Positions 1-10,455 are shown, counted from the first letter of the stretch. The stretch is DNA of 28,657 nucleotides from Candidatus Woesearchaeota archaeon (GCA_023266895.1 JAHFOI010000013.1:1-28657), one strand, 5' to 3'. Program-made: numbers and translations. The notes: generated from the sequence alone by a model not told the origin.

Positions 1-3000
1 TCACAAGTGACCATGGCAGTCTTGAGTTGCTCTTCAGTTTTTTTGGTATCCAGCACAACTCCTTCGTATTGTTGGTATTCTGATTGCAAGCCTGCGAGTT
101 CTGCATTAATGCTTGCTTCTTGGACTGCGTGGAGGTTGAGCTCAAATTCTTCTTTACGACAGTGTTCTTCTTGTTTGAAAACTTGATTTTCTATGTTAGT
201 AATTGTGTCTGAGAGCACATTACGTTGCTCAAATAAGTGTTTGCATTGTGCATAAAATTGAGCAAGTTCTTGGTCTTTAGCATGCGCACGTGTTTCTTGT
301 TCAGTGACCTTATTAGTGAGTTGTACCTCTGATTCTTTGGCAAGTTTTTGCTCTTGATGAATTGACTCAATAACCGTCGTAGCGTTGGTTAATTCTTGTG
401 CTCCTGATTCTATACGTTGGACAATGGATTTTAGTTCTGCATCTAAAGTTATGCGTTGTTCTGTGAGTTCTTTGTTTTTTTGTTCATACGCATTGAGTTC
501 TGCAAGAATGGTTGGATTTCTAATTTGACTTAGTTTTTCTCGTAACTCTTGTTTTTTTATTTTAAGGCCAGTCAATGCCTGAGTTTTTTCATTGACCAAG
601 TCTTCAAACCTGGAAAGTTCTTTTTCTGCAACAGCATGCTGTTGTTGGAGTTCTTGTTTGTATTTTTGGTTTGCATCAAGGTCGCTGGTTTCAAGATGAA
701 GTGATTTTTCTGTTTTGATGATGTCGCCTTCAAGGTTCGCTTTTACTTCGCGTAATCGTGTTATTTGTTCATCATGATCTTTTCTGCTTTCTTCTAAACG
801 CTGGATTTTGGTATCAAGAGCAGCAATTTCATTATTGGCGCAAGTGAGTTCGTCAGCAAGTCCTTTTTCTTTAAATCCTGCTATTTTTTTGTGACGATAA
901 CCGCCAATCATTGCGCCTGAAGGCTCGCATAAATCTCCTTCCAAAGTGACCATTCGCGTGGTGCCAACACCAATTTTTCTGGCAATTTCTATAGTATCAA
1001 CAACAAGAGTGTTGCCAAAGACATGACTAAAGACTGCTCTGAATTTTGGGTCAAACTCAATGAGGTCTATTGCCATGCCACGCACTCCTTTTTCATTAAG
1101 TAATTTTTTAGTTTCTTCGCGGCTGACAACAGGCCGTATTTTGTTGAGTGGTAAAAATGTTGCTATGCCAAACTGGTTTTTTTTCAAAAACTTAATGCAG
1201 TTTGCGGCAGTTTTATCATCTTCAACAACAATGCTTTGGAGTTTTTGTGCTGCGGCAACTTCGAGTGCTTGGGCGTATTCTTTGTCTGCCTGTCCTAGTT
1301 CTGCGACTGTACCGTAAATTTCTCCAAGCTGGTTTTTGTTTTCCAAGACTTTTTTTACTGCAATGTTTTCTGCGATTTGGTCTTGGACGCTGGAGTGTTT
1401 AATCTCTAGTTTAGCAGCGTGTTCTCTGAGTTGTACTACGCGTTGTCTGCTGTGCGCAAGTTCTGCTGCATGCTTACTGTCCGTATTAAGCAGTTCATTA
1501 AGTTCAAGGATGAGCTTTTTGAACTGGTCTTTTTTCTTTTTGAGCAGACTTACTTCTTCTTTGTTTTCATCTTCAAGATGTTGCACTTTCGCGATTTGTT
1601 CATCAATGGTTTGAAGTTGGAATTCTATTTTGTCTTTTTCTCTGAGCAAGGTTTGTTGTTGTTCTCTGAGCTGTTGAAGTTCTTTTTGAAGTGTTTCGCT
1701 TGTTTGATCCAACAGTGTTATTTCTTGTTCTAAGGTGTTGGTTTCTTCGCCAAGGGCATTGCGTTTTTTGAATGCTGCGATTGCACTTGTGAGTTCATTG
1801 AGCTGGTTGTGAACTACCTTTTTAGTTTGCGTAATCTCTTGGTGTTGGTTTTTTATTTGAAGGTGTGCTTCTTCAAGAGTTTTTTTGGTTTGCTGAAGTT
1901 GTTTGATGCGCTGTCCTGCTTTTTGTGCATCAAGGCTGAATGCCTGTGCTTTTGTGCGGTCTGTTGCAATATCAATGCGTAGTTGTTCAAGTTCTTTTTG
2001 CATGCACACTTGTTCTACTTCACCTTTTTGCTCAATTTCTTGAGACAATTGTTTAATCCTCTCTCGGCCAAGCAGTATCTCTTGGCGCAGGGTTTGTATT
2101 CGTGAAGTGCTACGCGCAATATTTTCTCTGTACACACTTGTTTTTTGTTCAAGACTTTGCTGGTCTTTTTTCTTTTTTTCCATTTTCTGATTACAATAAC
2201 TTGCTTTGTATGTTTTGAGCTCATCAAGAAGGTGTTTGTAGGTAATTGCTTGATCTCTGTCTTTTTTGAGGTCTTTCAAAAATCCTTCACGTTCTCTGAG
2301 TATGATGCCTGCCTGGCTGAGTTTTTCCTCAACTTTTTGCAGATCATTTAGGGCATGTTGTTTTTTTTCTTCATACGTTGAAATACCTGCGATTTCCTCA
2401 ATAATCATGCGTCGTTCTGTAGGACTCATCTCAACCAATCGTATGATGTCTCCTTGCAGAATGATGTTGTACCCGTCAGGATTTATGCGTGCTGCTGCAA
2501 GCATTTCAAGTACTTCTTGTCGCGTGCGTGTTTTGCCATTTATTTTGTACTTACTTGTTCCATCTGAGCCAACAATTCTGCTAAGCTTTACTTCATCATC
2601 TGATAGAGGAAATGTGTTGTTGGAATTGTCAAAGCAAATGCTTACTTCTGCTTGTTTTGAAGGGTTTTTTGTCTTGCCTCCATTGTAGATAAGGTTTGAG
2701 CTTTTTTCTGCTCTGAGCTGCTTGCTGCTTGATTTACCTAAGACAAAGCAGAGCGCATCTAACACATTGCTTTTTCCTGAGCCATTAGGCCCTAGTATTG
2801 CATTAAAGTCTTCGCCAAGTAAAAGTTCTGTGCGTTTGCCAAAGCTTTTGAATCCATCAAGCACGAGTTTTGTTATTCGTGTGGATTGAACTGAGGAGCG
2901 TACGGGCAGAACACGTGATGCAGCTTGCGTAGTGCTTTGATCGCTAGGCAGTGCGCCAGAAATTGCATGGGAATGATCAGGGGCAATTACACTACTTCCT

Positions 3001-3011
3001 TCATCAGTCAT
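1..3011 (-). CDS. smc: Structural maintenance of chromosomes protein SMC; the first ~1003 codons are present and the 3' end runs off the window
   Basis: The minus-strand frame is open from ATG 3011 to the window edge. It is absent from the ORF track because no stop lies in the window. My translation gives the Walker A region LLGEDFNAILGPNGSGKSNVLDALCFVLG, long heptad-rich coiled-coil arms, and a hinge (LGEIYGTVAELGQADKEYAQALEVAAAQKLQSIVVEDD...GAMIGGY) at about 900-1330 in the same frame. A TATA-like CCTTTAAATAGC lies about 30 nt upstream. Confidence 0.9.
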   Translation of the reverse strand, partial: MTDEGSSVIAPDHSHAISGALPSDQSTTQAASRVLPVRSSVQSTRITKLVLDGFKSFGKRTELLLGEDFNAILGPNGSGKSNVLDALCFVLGKSSSKQLRAEKSSNLIYNGGKTKNPSKQAEVSICFDNSNNTFPLSDDEVKLSRIVGSDGTSKYKINGKTRTRQEVLEMLAAARINPDGYNIILQGDIIRLVEMSPTERRMIIEEIAGISTYEEKKQHALNDLQKVEEKLSQAGIILREREGFLKDLKKDRDQAITYKHLLDELKTYKASYCNQKMEKKKKDQQSLEQKTSVYRENIARSTSRIQTLRQEILLGRERIKQLSQEIEQKGEVEQVCMQKELEQLRIDIATDRTKAQAFSLDAQKAGQRIKQLQQTKKTLEEAHLQIKNQHQEITQTKKVVHNQLNELTSAIAAFKKRNALGEETNTLEQEITLLDQTSETLQKELQQLREQQQTLLREKDKIEFQLQTIDEQIAKVQHLEDENKEEVSLLKKKKDQFKKLILELNELLNTDSKHAAELAHSRQRVVQLREHAAKLEIKHSSVQDQIAENIAVKKVLENKNQLGEIYGTVAELGQADKEYAQALEVAAAQKLQSIVVEDDKTAANCIKFLKKNQFGIATFLPLNKIRPVVSREETKKLLNEKGVRGMAIDLIEFDPKFRAVFSHVFGNTLVVDTIEIARKIGVGTTRMVTLEGDLCEPSGAMIGGYRHKKIAGFKEKGLADELTCANNEIAALDTKIQRLEESRKDHDEQITRLREVKANLEGDIIKTEKSLHLETSDLDANQKYKQELQQQHAVAEKELSRFEDLVNEKTQALTGLKIKKQELREKLSQIRNPTILAELNAYEQKNKELTEQRITLDAELKSIVQRIESGAQELTNATTVIESIHQEQKLAKESEVQLTNKVTEQETRAHAKDQELAQFYAQCKHLFEQRNVLSDTITNIENQVFKQEEHCRKEEFELNLHAVQEASINAELAGLQSEYQQYEGVVLDTKKTEEQLKTAMVTC

Positions 3012-3076
3012 ACCAAAAATTGTCAGTCTAATGCTATTTAAAGGTTTGCTCGCCAAAAAAAGGGTTGGCTCTTGTT

Positions 3077-5074
3077 TCACTCTTTTTTTTCGCAGAGTTG
3101 TGCTGTGAAAAATGCAAGTACATCTGCTTGTGTTTGCAGCATAAGTGTAAGTCCTGAACCTGGTCCGTGTCCTGCATCTTGTTGAGTTCGTAAAAGTACT
3201 GGATGACAGGTGTTGGTTTGTTGCAGAATTGCAGTCATTTTGCGGGCGTGAAGTGGGTGGACACGTGTATCATGTGTACTTGTCGTAAAAAGTACGGGAG
3301 GATATTCTATTCCTTGTTTGACATTGTGGTATGGACTCCAGTGTTTGAGCCATCCAAATTCATCTGGTTGTTCTGGATCACCCCATTCATGCACCCAGCG
3401 TGCTGCAATAAGAAATCTTGGATACCGAAACATGTCGAGCACTGGCACTTGACATACGACGGCACTGAACAAATCTGGTCGTTGAGTCATGCACGCTCCA
3501 ACTGTAAGTCCACCATTGCTTCCTCCAATAATGCCCAACGTGCTTGCAGCTCCTTGTTTCATGAGCTGTTCTCCTACTGCAATAAAATCATTGAATGTGT
3601 TTTGCTTGTTGGACAATGTTCCTTGGTCATGCCATGTTTTGCCAAATTCTCCTCCTCCTCTGATGTTTGCAAGAGCAAAGATTCCTCCTTGATCAAGCCA
3701 GGGTTTTATCTGCGCAAGATAATATGGAGGCACAGAAACTCCATACCCGCCATACCCTGTAAGTATTGTAGGTGCAGGTGTTTGAGTTTTTTTTGGTTTG
3801 ACAACAAAAAAAGGCACGCGTGTTTTATCCTTTGAATTTGCCCACTGTTGACTGATATCATACTCTTCTGGATTAAAAATATTTTCTGTTTGTCTCCACA
3901 CTGTTGTTTTTCCTTGGTCTACTGAATAAATCTTCTTTGCAGTCACAAACCCAACTTGTGCGTAAAAAAATTCTTGTTCTTGGGCGCGCGCCTTTATTCC
4001 AGGACAGGTGCTAAAAAGAGGCAGTGCAAGTTGACCTTTGGAAATTCCTTGGTGTGTAAACAACAATACTTCGGAGGAACAATTATCTAAGTATCTTGCA
4101 ATCAAAAAATCTTTGCTCACATTAATTCCTTCAAGCGGTTTTGATTCTGGGACAAGAATAGGCCACGAGATAATTTGTGTTGGGAGCTGTGATATGGGCA
4201 CTGCTCGAATACAAAAGTTTGGCGCCTGATAATTTGTGCAAACAAAGACTTGGCTATCAGTAATAACTGGGCTGGCAAGTGCGTGTAATGATTCAGAAAG
4301 ACAAGTGATTTTTTCTTCAGCATACATGAAAAGTTCATTGGCATGCCAATGTTGTTGGACAGTAATTAAAAGGATTTTTCCATTTAGTGATATGCTGAGT
4401 TCAATCATGTCTTCTTTTGGCCTATCTTTGCCAAAAATAAGCACATCCTGCGCACAATCCACGTTAAGTTTGTGAAGGTAGACACGAGCATAATACTGTT
4501 CATCACCTGCTGGAACACTTCCTGGTGCAGGATGTCGCGTGTAATAAAAGCCAGTTTCATCAGCAAGCCAGGCAACTGATGCATGACGTGTGTGCTTGAT
4601 GTGCTCAATATCTTTTTCTAGTTCTAAGGAATACACATGCATTGTTGATTGTTCATCGCCTTTTTGTGAAAGCCCATACGTTATGTACTTGCCTGTTGGC
4701 GAGACAAACCAGAAATCAAGGTTTGTTGAAGGTTGTGTGTTTGGATCAATGAGACAGTGTGGCGTTCCTTGCAATCCTTCAGAGAAATACAGTGCAAGGT
4801 GGTCTTGTCCTTTTTTTCGTTCTTCCCAAAAGTAGTGCTTGCCTCGTTTGCTTGGTGGAAAAAAGGCTGTTGATTCAAATGCTTTTTTGAGTTCTGAAAA
4901 ATATTGTGCAGGATGTTGGGGTGCGAGCACTTCTTTTGTTAGTTGATTTTGTGCAGCAATCCATGCATGTACTTCAGGAGTTTCTTCTTCAAGCCATTGA
5001 TAGGGGTCTGTGATTGTGCAGCCATTCAAAGAATACGTGAATTGGCGTCGAGGTGTTAAGGGACTTGATTGCAT
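3077..5074 (-). CDS. Prolyl oligopeptidase (S9A family serine peptidase)
   Basis: This is a 665-aa ORF. It has an N-terminal propeller-like region, the catalytic Ser motif GGSNGGLTVGA, the Asp region TSTHDTRVHP and the His region DAGHGPG. This layout is typical of prolyl endopeptidases. Confidence 0.85.
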   Translation of the reverse strand: MQSSPLTPRRQFTYSLNGCTITDPYQWLEEETPEVHAWIAAQNQLTKEVLAPQHPAQYFSELKKAFESTAFFPPSKRGKHYFWEERKKGQDHLALYFSEGLQGTPHCLIDPNTQPSTNLDFWFVSPTGKYITYGLSQKGDEQSTMHVYSLELEKDIEHIKHTRHASVAWLADETGFYYTRHPAPGSVPAGDEQYYARVYLHKLNVDCAQDVLIFGKDRPKEDMIELSISLNGKILLITVQQHWHANELFMYAEEKITCLSESLHALASPVITDSQVFVCTNYQAPNFCIRAVPISQLPTQIISWPILVPESKPLEGINVSKDFLIARYLDNCSSEVLLFTHQGISKGQLALPLFSTCPGIKARAQEQEFFYAQVGFVTAKKIYSVDQGKTTVWRQTENIFNPEEYDISQQWANSKDKTRVPFFVVKPKKTQTPAPTILTGYGGYGVSVPPYYLAQIKPWLDQGGIFALANIRGGGEFGKTWHDQGTLSNKQNTFNDFIAVGEQLMKQGAASTLGIIGGSNGGLTVGACMTQRPDLFSAVVCQVPVLDMFRYPRFLIAARWVHEWGDPEQPDEFGWLKHWSPYHNVKQGIEYPPVLFTTSTHDTRVHPLHARKMTAILQQTNTCHPVLLRTQQDAGHGPGSGLTLMLQTQADVLAFFTAQLCEKKE

Positions 5075-5137
5075 ACAATCAATTATCAGAACTCTGTTTT
5101 AAAGGTTTGTTTTGTAGACTTCAAAAAATTGTGAATG

Positions 5138-5803
5138 CTAATTAAAGCCTTCTAGTTTTTTTTGCGTTAGTCTTTGTGCATATTTCTTGAATGGTGCCCA
5201 GCTTTTTCTGAATATTGTTGAGTATTTCTTCCAGTTTTTTTCCAAAAAGGCTTTAGTGTAGGGATCGCTTGGATAGCCTGAACCAAAGTCTAACCCTATT
5301 TTTTTCTTTAGTTCATCAATAAGTCTGTCGCGTTCTACTTTTGCAAGAATGCTTGCTGCACTCACCGCAGGATAATCTCTATCTGCATGGTGTGCGCAAT
5401 GTATTTCTATTTTTTTAATGAGCTTTTTTTGTATGTAATCAGTAAATGCTTTGATATTTGGGCTGGGACAATCAATGTATACCACATCTGGTTTGAGTGC
5501 ATTGAGTAATTCTGCTTGTTTGTCTGCTTCAAGCCAATTGAGGTTTGTGGTTTTGCTTTGTACTGCGGCATCTATTTCTACAGGTTCAACAGCAATTAAT
5601 TTGTATGCTGTAGCAAGTTGCTGAATACTCGCAACCAACTCAGTACGTTCTGTTCGCGTGAGTTCTTTGCTGTCTTTCGCGCCTATCTCCTTGAACTTTG
5701 CATGATTTTTAGCATCAATACACACTGCGCACAGCACCATAGGTCCAATAACAGGTCCTCTGCCTGCTTCATCAATTCCACAAACTATAGTCATATCGCT
5801 CAT
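5138..5803 (-). CDS. rnhB: Ribonuclease HII
   Basis: This is a 221-aa ORF. The N-terminal GIDEAGRGPVIGPMV motif carries the active-site DE, and the size fits archaeal RNase HII. Confidence 0.9.
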   Translation of the reverse strand: MSDMTIVCGIDEAGRGPVIGPMVLCAVCIDAKNHAKFKEIGAKDSKELTRTERTELVASIQQLATAYKLIAVEPVEIDAAVQSKTTNLNWLEADKQAELLNALKPDVVYIDCPSPNIKAFTDYIQKKLIKKIEIHCAHHADRDYPAVSAASILAKVERDRLIDELKKKIGLDFGSGYPSDPYTKAFLEKNWKKYSTIFRKSWAPFKKYAQRLTQKKLEGFN

Positions 5804-5900
5804 TCAGTCCACAGAGTAATTAAGGTTTGCTATTCATGTTTGACGCAACGCAGCTACATGAAAATAAAAAATGCGAAGCTTTATATAAAAGTATTCACTT

Positions 5901-6224
5901 ATGAGTAGTATGAAAAAACTCGAGCAGGTCATGGGCGGTACAGCAATAGGTGTAACAGGATTTATCGTAGGATACATCTCTTCAGAAATGAAGCCTGACA
6001 AAAAAGACACGCGCCCAGCACATCTTTCTTCTGTTTCAACACACTATACTTATTCTCCTACGCACATAGCAACTTCCTCAGCTTACAGGCTAAGTAGAGA
6101 TAATTTTTACACTCCTGATAATTTTATTATGCCTGGTCTTGGCATGTTGTTAGGTCTTGTTGCAGCAGGCGCGTATGCATTAGGAAAGAAAATAATTGAG
6201 AAAATCAATAAAACACAGATGTGA
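5901..6224 (+). CDS. Small membrane protein with two predicted TM helices, function unknown
   Basis: This is a 107-aa ORF with hydrophobic segments GGTAIGVTGFIVGYI and PGLGMLLGLVAAGAYAL. A TATA-like CTTTATATAAAA lies about 20 nt upstream of the ATG. I recognise no family. Confidence 0.4.
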   Translation: MSSMKKLEQVMGGTAIGVTGFIVGYISSEMKPDKKDTRPAHLSSVSTHYTYSPTHIATSSAYRLSRDNFYTPDNFIMPGLGMLLGLVAAGAYALGKKIIEKINKTQM

Positions 6225-6339
6225 CACCATAACAAAAATTGGTTTATGCACAAATTTCTAAGCACAGCCCCTCCACCCTTCCCCAAAAAAACTTTTTCTT
6301 GCCGAAAGTCTTTTATATGCTCGTATGAAAATAGAACAT

Positions 6340-7329
6340 ATGCTTCGTGTTGCTATTAATGGATTTGGCAGGATTGGCAGACACCTTCTTCATGCAGGTT
6401 TGCAAGACAAAAACATAGAATGGGTTGCCATAAATGACTTGGCAGACAGCCACACTCTTGCCTACTTGCTCAAGCATGATTCAGTATTTGGATTATTTAA
6501 GGGTACGATTTCTGCAACACCAGGGGTCATTGTTGTGGATGGCAGGAAGATTTCTATATTAAATGAAAAAGATGCCAGCCGTTTGCCTTGGCGCAAGCTT
6601 CAGGTTGATGTTGTTGTGGAATGTACTGGTTTGATGGCCTCTCGAGATGCTGCAGCAGTTCACTTGCGTGCTGGCGCGCATAAAGTGCTTGTGTCAGCAC
6701 CTTGTGATAACGCAGATATTACGCTTGTGAAAGGAGTGAATGAAAAAAAATACCATAAAAAAAAGCACAACATCATTTCTAATGCAAGCTGCACCACAAA
6801 TGCGCTCGCGCCAATTGTTAAAGTGCTTCAAGAAGCTCTTGGTATCAAGCACGGATTCATGCTTACGGCTCATGCATTAACTGCAGATCAACGACTGATT
6901 GATGCTCCTCATAAGGACCTGCGTCGTGGAAGAGCTGCTGCGTTGTCTATTGTACCATCAACAACTGGTGCTGCAAAAACAGTTGCTGAAGTTCTTCCTG
7001 AACTTGCAGGAAAGCTTGATGGCATGTCTTGGAGGGTTCCTGTGCCTGATGGTAGCATTGTTAATTTTTCATGTGTTGTGAAAAAGCAGACAAGTGTTCG
7101 CGAAGTTAATGAATTATTGCGTAAGGCAAGCAAAGGTGTGATGAAAGGAATCATAGATGTGACCAATGAAGAACTTGTTTCTCATGACATCATTGGTAAT
7201 TCACACAGTTGTGTTGTTGATGCATTAAGTACACTTGTTATTGACAAACACTTAGTTTCTGTGGCAGCATGGTATGATAATGAATGGGCATATGCCTGTA
7301 GAATAATTGATATTCTTAAAATTCTCTAG
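6340..7329 (+). CDS. gap: Glyceraldehyde-3-phosphate dehydrogenase, class I (bacterial/eukaryal type)
   Basis: The protein has the NAD-binding motif INGFGRIGR and the active site SNASCTTNALAP, and ends WYDNEWAY. The ORF track starts at 6325. ATG 6340 (MLRVAINGFGRIGR) fits the family N-terminus better and lies about 25 nt after the TATA-like CTTTTATATGC. Confidence 0.9.
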   Translation: MLRVAINGFGRIGRHLLHAGLQDKNIEWVAINDLADSHTLAYLLKHDSVFGLFKGTISATPGVIVVDGRKISILNEKDASRLPWRKLQVDVVVECTGLMASRDAAAVHLRAGAHKVLVSAPCDNADITLVKGVNEKKYHKKKHNIISNASCTTNALAPIVKVLQEALGIKHGFMLTAHALTADQRLIDAPHKDLRRGRAAALSIVPSTTGAAKTVAEVLPELAGKLDGMSWRVPVPDGSIVNFSCVVKKQTSVREVNELLRKASKGVMKGIIDVTNEELVSHDIIGNSHSCVVDALSTLVIDKHLVSVAAWYDNEWAYACRIIDILKIL

Positions 7330-7852
7330 AATTCAGGAGTGTCACATAGGGAACCTCATATGTTTCCTGGTGCATGCGTAAATTAAAAAAAGTTAGGTGG
7401 ACTGCAGTTACTGTTCCGCTCAAATGCATAAACTGAAAAGACGTTCCCAATTTAACAGGTATTCCTCGTAACATAAGAAGCATGCGCACAAGTATGTTTC
7501 TAAAAAAATCATACAGCAACAGTAACATACCAAGCACAAGAAAAAAGACCAGCGCTGCAAGAATAAAAAACCCTGTCACAAATGCAATGTTGAGTACGTG
7601 CAATGCAAGAATAAGAGCAACGACATCAATAAAATAAGTAATGAGTTGTGAGAGAAATTGTGTTGCAGAAAATTTGACTGGCAATGACTTTGCAATAGCA
7701 TCAAGCCCTGTGCGAATAAATAAAACATAGACTGCTCTTCCTGTGATTTTTCCAATCAGCAAACCAATGAAAAGAGTGAACAAACTTGTTGCGCCAACAC
7801 GTAATCCATACAACAATTGGTCTTGCACAAGTCCAAGCACTGCCATGTTCAT
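7316..7852 (-). CDS. Multi-pass membrane protein, possibly a miniature MscS-like channel
   Basis: This is a 178-aa ORF with 3-4 hydrophobic helices followed by a beta-rich tail (GIPVKLGTSFQFMHLSGTVTAVHLTFFNLRMHQETYEVPYVTLLNS). The tail loosely resembles the MscS beta-domain pattern. The family call is weak. The 3' end overlaps gap by 14 nt in convergent orientation. Confidence 0.4.
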   Translation of the reverse strand: MNMAVLGLVQDQLLYGLRVGATSLFTLFIGLLIGKITGRAVYVLFIRTGLDAIAKSLPVKFSATQFLSQLITYFIDVVALILALHVLNIAFVTGFFILAALVFFLVLGMLLLLYDFFRNILVRMLLMLRGIPVKLGTSFQFMHLSGTVTAVHLTFFNLRMHQETYEVPYVTLLNSREF

Positions 7853-7898
7853 TCAAGAGAGGTCATGTTTTTAAATGTACGCCTGTTTGAGTAACGCA

Positions 7899-8996
7899 AT
7901 GGTTAATTATGAACAGCAAATTAAAGAAATGGAAGACCAGCTGCGCAAAGCACAGTATAACAAGCATACCGAGCATCATTTTGGTGTTGTGAAAGCGCAA
8001 ATTGCTAAGCTTCGTGAACGTGCGCAAAAACGTCAGGGCGTGGGTACCTCAAGCGCTGGTTTTGCAGTTAAGAAAAGTGGTGACGCAACCGCGATCATTC
8101 TTGGTTTTCCCAGTGTTGGTAAATCAACATTATTGAATGCATTAACTGGTGCACAATCCAAAGTTGCAGCATATGCGTTCACAACTCTGGATGTTATTCC
8201 TGGAGTTTTGCGGTACAAACATGCAAGTATTCAAATTTTGGATGTGCCTGGCATTATTCAAGGTGCAGCATCTGGGAGGGGTCGTGGCAGGGAAGTGCTT
8301 GCGATGATTCGCAATGCAGATGTAATCATGATGTTAATTGATGCATTACATCCTGAACATTATGACGCATTAGTTCATGAGGTGTATGAAGCAGGAGTGC
8401 GCATGAATCAGCACCCGCCAGACATACGAGTTGCAAAGCGAAGCAAAGGGGGAATAGTATTCAATAGCACAGTAAAGATGACAAAGGTCTCTCCTGAGAC
8501 ATGTATTGCTGTTTTGCGCGAGTTTAGAATGAATAATGTGGACGTAGTTGTACGCCAAGATGTGACTCTGGATGAATTTATTGATGCTCTTGAAGGAAAC
8601 AGAACATATGTTCCGTTAGTGCTTGTAGTAAGTAAAGCTGATTTGCTTGATGCACGTGCAAAAGCAGAACTTGTTCGCACGCTTCATCCAGATGTGTTCG
8701 TGAGTTGTGAAACAAAACAGGGTATTGATGAACTCAAGGAATGCTTGCACAAACGTATTGGATTTATGCGCGTGTTTTTGAAGGAAATAAACAAAAAGCC
8801 TGATCTTAATGAGCCTATGATTTTGAGAAGTCCTATGACGCTACGAAGCGTGTGTGAACAGATTCATAGGGATTTCGTGCGCAAGTTTAAGTATGCGCGT
8901 GTGTGGGGAAAAAGCGCTAAATTTCCGGGCCAGCAGTTTCGCCAGCTTGAAAAACTTTTGTGTGACGGAGATATTATTGAGGTACACGTAAGCTGA
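7899..8996 (+). CDS. Developmentally regulated GTP-binding protein (DRG/Rbg, Obg-family GTPase with C-terminal TGS domain)
   Basis: The G1 motif is GFPSVGKSTLLNALTG, G3 is LDVPGII and G4 is VSKADL, with a C-terminal TGS-like region. The N-terminus EQQIKEMEDQLRKAQYNKHTEHHFG is typical of DRG. The start is chosen at ATG 7899, about 25 nt after the TATA-like GTTTTTAAATG. The ORF track starts at 7875. Confidence 0.85.
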   Translation: MVNYEQQIKEMEDQLRKAQYNKHTEHHFGVVKAQIAKLRERAQKRQGVGTSSAGFAVKKSGDATAIILGFPSVGKSTLLNALTGAQSKVAAYAFTTLDVIPGVLRYKHASIQILDVPGIIQGAASGRGRGREVLAMIRNADVIMMLIDALHPEHYDALVHEVYEAGVRMNQHPPDIRVAKRSKGGIVFNSTVKMTKVSPETCIAVLREFRMNNVDVVVRQDVTLDEFIDALEGNRTYVPLVLVVSKADLLDARAKAELVRTLHPDVFVSCETKQGIDELKECLHKRIGFMRVFLKEINKKPDLNEPMILRSPMTLRSVCEQIHRDFVRKFKYARVWGKSAKFPGQQFRQLEKLLCDGDIIEVHVS

Positions 8997-9054
8997 CCTC
9001 CTCACAGCTCACATTTTAGTAACCTTATTATACCACTTCTTGTTCTCAAATTGC

Positions 9055-9783
9055 ATGCCAAAAAATAGTTCTTTGATTACCCTATCAAAAAAAATAAAGG
9101 GCGCCACAGTTATTGAAGGTTTTCCTGGAGTGGGTCTCGTGGCCACGATTGCAACAGGTTTTTTGAGTGAACACTTAAAGTGTGAAAAAATTGGCAAATA
9201 TTTTTTCTCAGATCCTCCAGCTACTGTAGCAATTCATGGCAGCCACATTGTTGATCCAGTTACAGTGTATTACAGCAAAAAACACAACATTGTTATTGTT
9301 CATTCTATCATAAACACTGCAAGTATGGAGTTTAGGGCTGCTGATCTTGTGCTTGATGTTTGCAAGCAAGTGCAGGCCAAAGAGCTTATCGCGCTTGAAG
9401 GAGTTGGTGCAACAGATCAAGAAGACAGTCAAGCATTTCATTATTGCACGCATGAAAAATGCCAAAAAACAATGAAAAAAATAGGTATCAACGGTTTGAA
9501 TGAAGGAATTATCGTCGGAACCACTGGTGCATTGCTTTTGAAAGCATCAGATGCCAAGGCACCATTGACTGCTATTTTTGTAGGTACTCATTTGAACATG
9601 CCTGATTCCAAGGCTGCGGCAAAAGCTATTGAAGTTTTAGATAAATATCTTGGTTTAAGCGTACCTTATGCTCCTTTGTTGCGTCAAGCTGAAAAGTTTG
9701 AGTCAAAGCTTCATGGCATGATGGAACAAGCAATGCTGACCAAACAATTGAAGGAGCAAAAAGATACTAATTATGTTGGGTAA
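9055..9783 (+). CDS. PAC2-family proteasome assembly chaperone-like protein (COG1938)
   Basis: The N-terminal GATVIEGFPGVGLVATIATGFL motif, the size of about 240 aa and a charged C-terminal tail fit the family. ATG 9055 lies about 25 nt after the TATA-like CCTTATTATACC. The ORF track start at 9040 is a TTG. Confidence 0.7.
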   Translation: MPKNSSLITLSKKIKGATVIEGFPGVGLVATIATGFLSEHLKCEKIGKYFFSDPPATVAIHGSHIVDPVTVYYSKKHNIVIVHSIINTASMEFRAADLVLDVCKQVQAKELIALEGVGATDQEDSQAFHYCTHEKCQKTMKKIGINGLNEGIIVGTTGALLLKASDAKAPLTAIFVGTHLNMPDSKAAAKAIEVLDKYLGLSVPYAPLLRQAEKFESKLHGMMEQAMLTKQLKEQKDTNYVG

Positions 9784-10455
9784 ATCAGCACGCACACTAA
9801 GAGCTTTTGAAGCCTAAAACGTTTTTTATTCTGGCATTATGGAAGAAAGAAGTCTTTCTCTCACTTTTTGTTTATCTTTTGTAAAAAGTTCAACAATTAA
9901 GCACAAAAATAACGCTCGCAACATGGTGCCTAACACTTTTTCAACCCAAATCTGTGATTTTTTCATCCAGCACCCACCCCAAACCAGCCAACTCAAAAAA
10001 AAAGAACTCAGTGTAAAATTTTTCTTAAAAAAAACACTCACTTTTGCAGAACAACAAACTGCGCAAAGAGACAACACGCAGCACCCATCACCACCACTAC
10101 CACCACCCACACAAAAACACACCAAAAAAGTTCTACACCCACAACAAACAGAACAATCTGCCAAAATACCCTAATTTATGAGCAAGCCCGCAGATCTCAA
10201 AAACACCTCACAAAGCAAGACAGAACAAGCACTCACTTTTTACTCACACAACACCAAAAGCCCACCCAAAAAAAAGATTGCAAACCATTGAAAATAAACT
10301 CAAAAAGAACTAATAAAAAACATCCATCCCAAAGCTACCATCACGAAAATGAGCTGACAAAATAATTATGCTAAAAGAACTGTAAGCAAATATCTCTTGC
10401 AAAATAAGCACTACAGAAAATAGCCCCAAAAAAAATCCACAAAACATAAACCGTC

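Noticed and set aside
1060-2688. Several + strand ORFs (66-140 aa) in the ORF track
   Set aside because: They lie antisense to the continuous SMC reading frame. They have Ser/Leu/Phe/Cys-rich low-complexity translations typical of shadow ORFs opposite a Glu/Lys/Gln-rich coiled-coil gene.
3203-4878. Multiple 60-210 aa ORFs on both strands inside the prolyl oligopeptidase gene
   Set aside because: They are all nested within or antisense to a 665-aa ORF with clear catalytic motifs. None has recognisable motifs or promoter spacing.
9826-10174. Two overlapping ORFs (112 aa on -, 111 aa on +) in the A+C-rich tract
   Set aside because: The translations are composition artefacts: Cys/Gly/Val-rich on one strand and Pro/Gln/Thr/Lys-rich on the other. 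Both cover the same DNA and neither has a TATA box at the usual distance.
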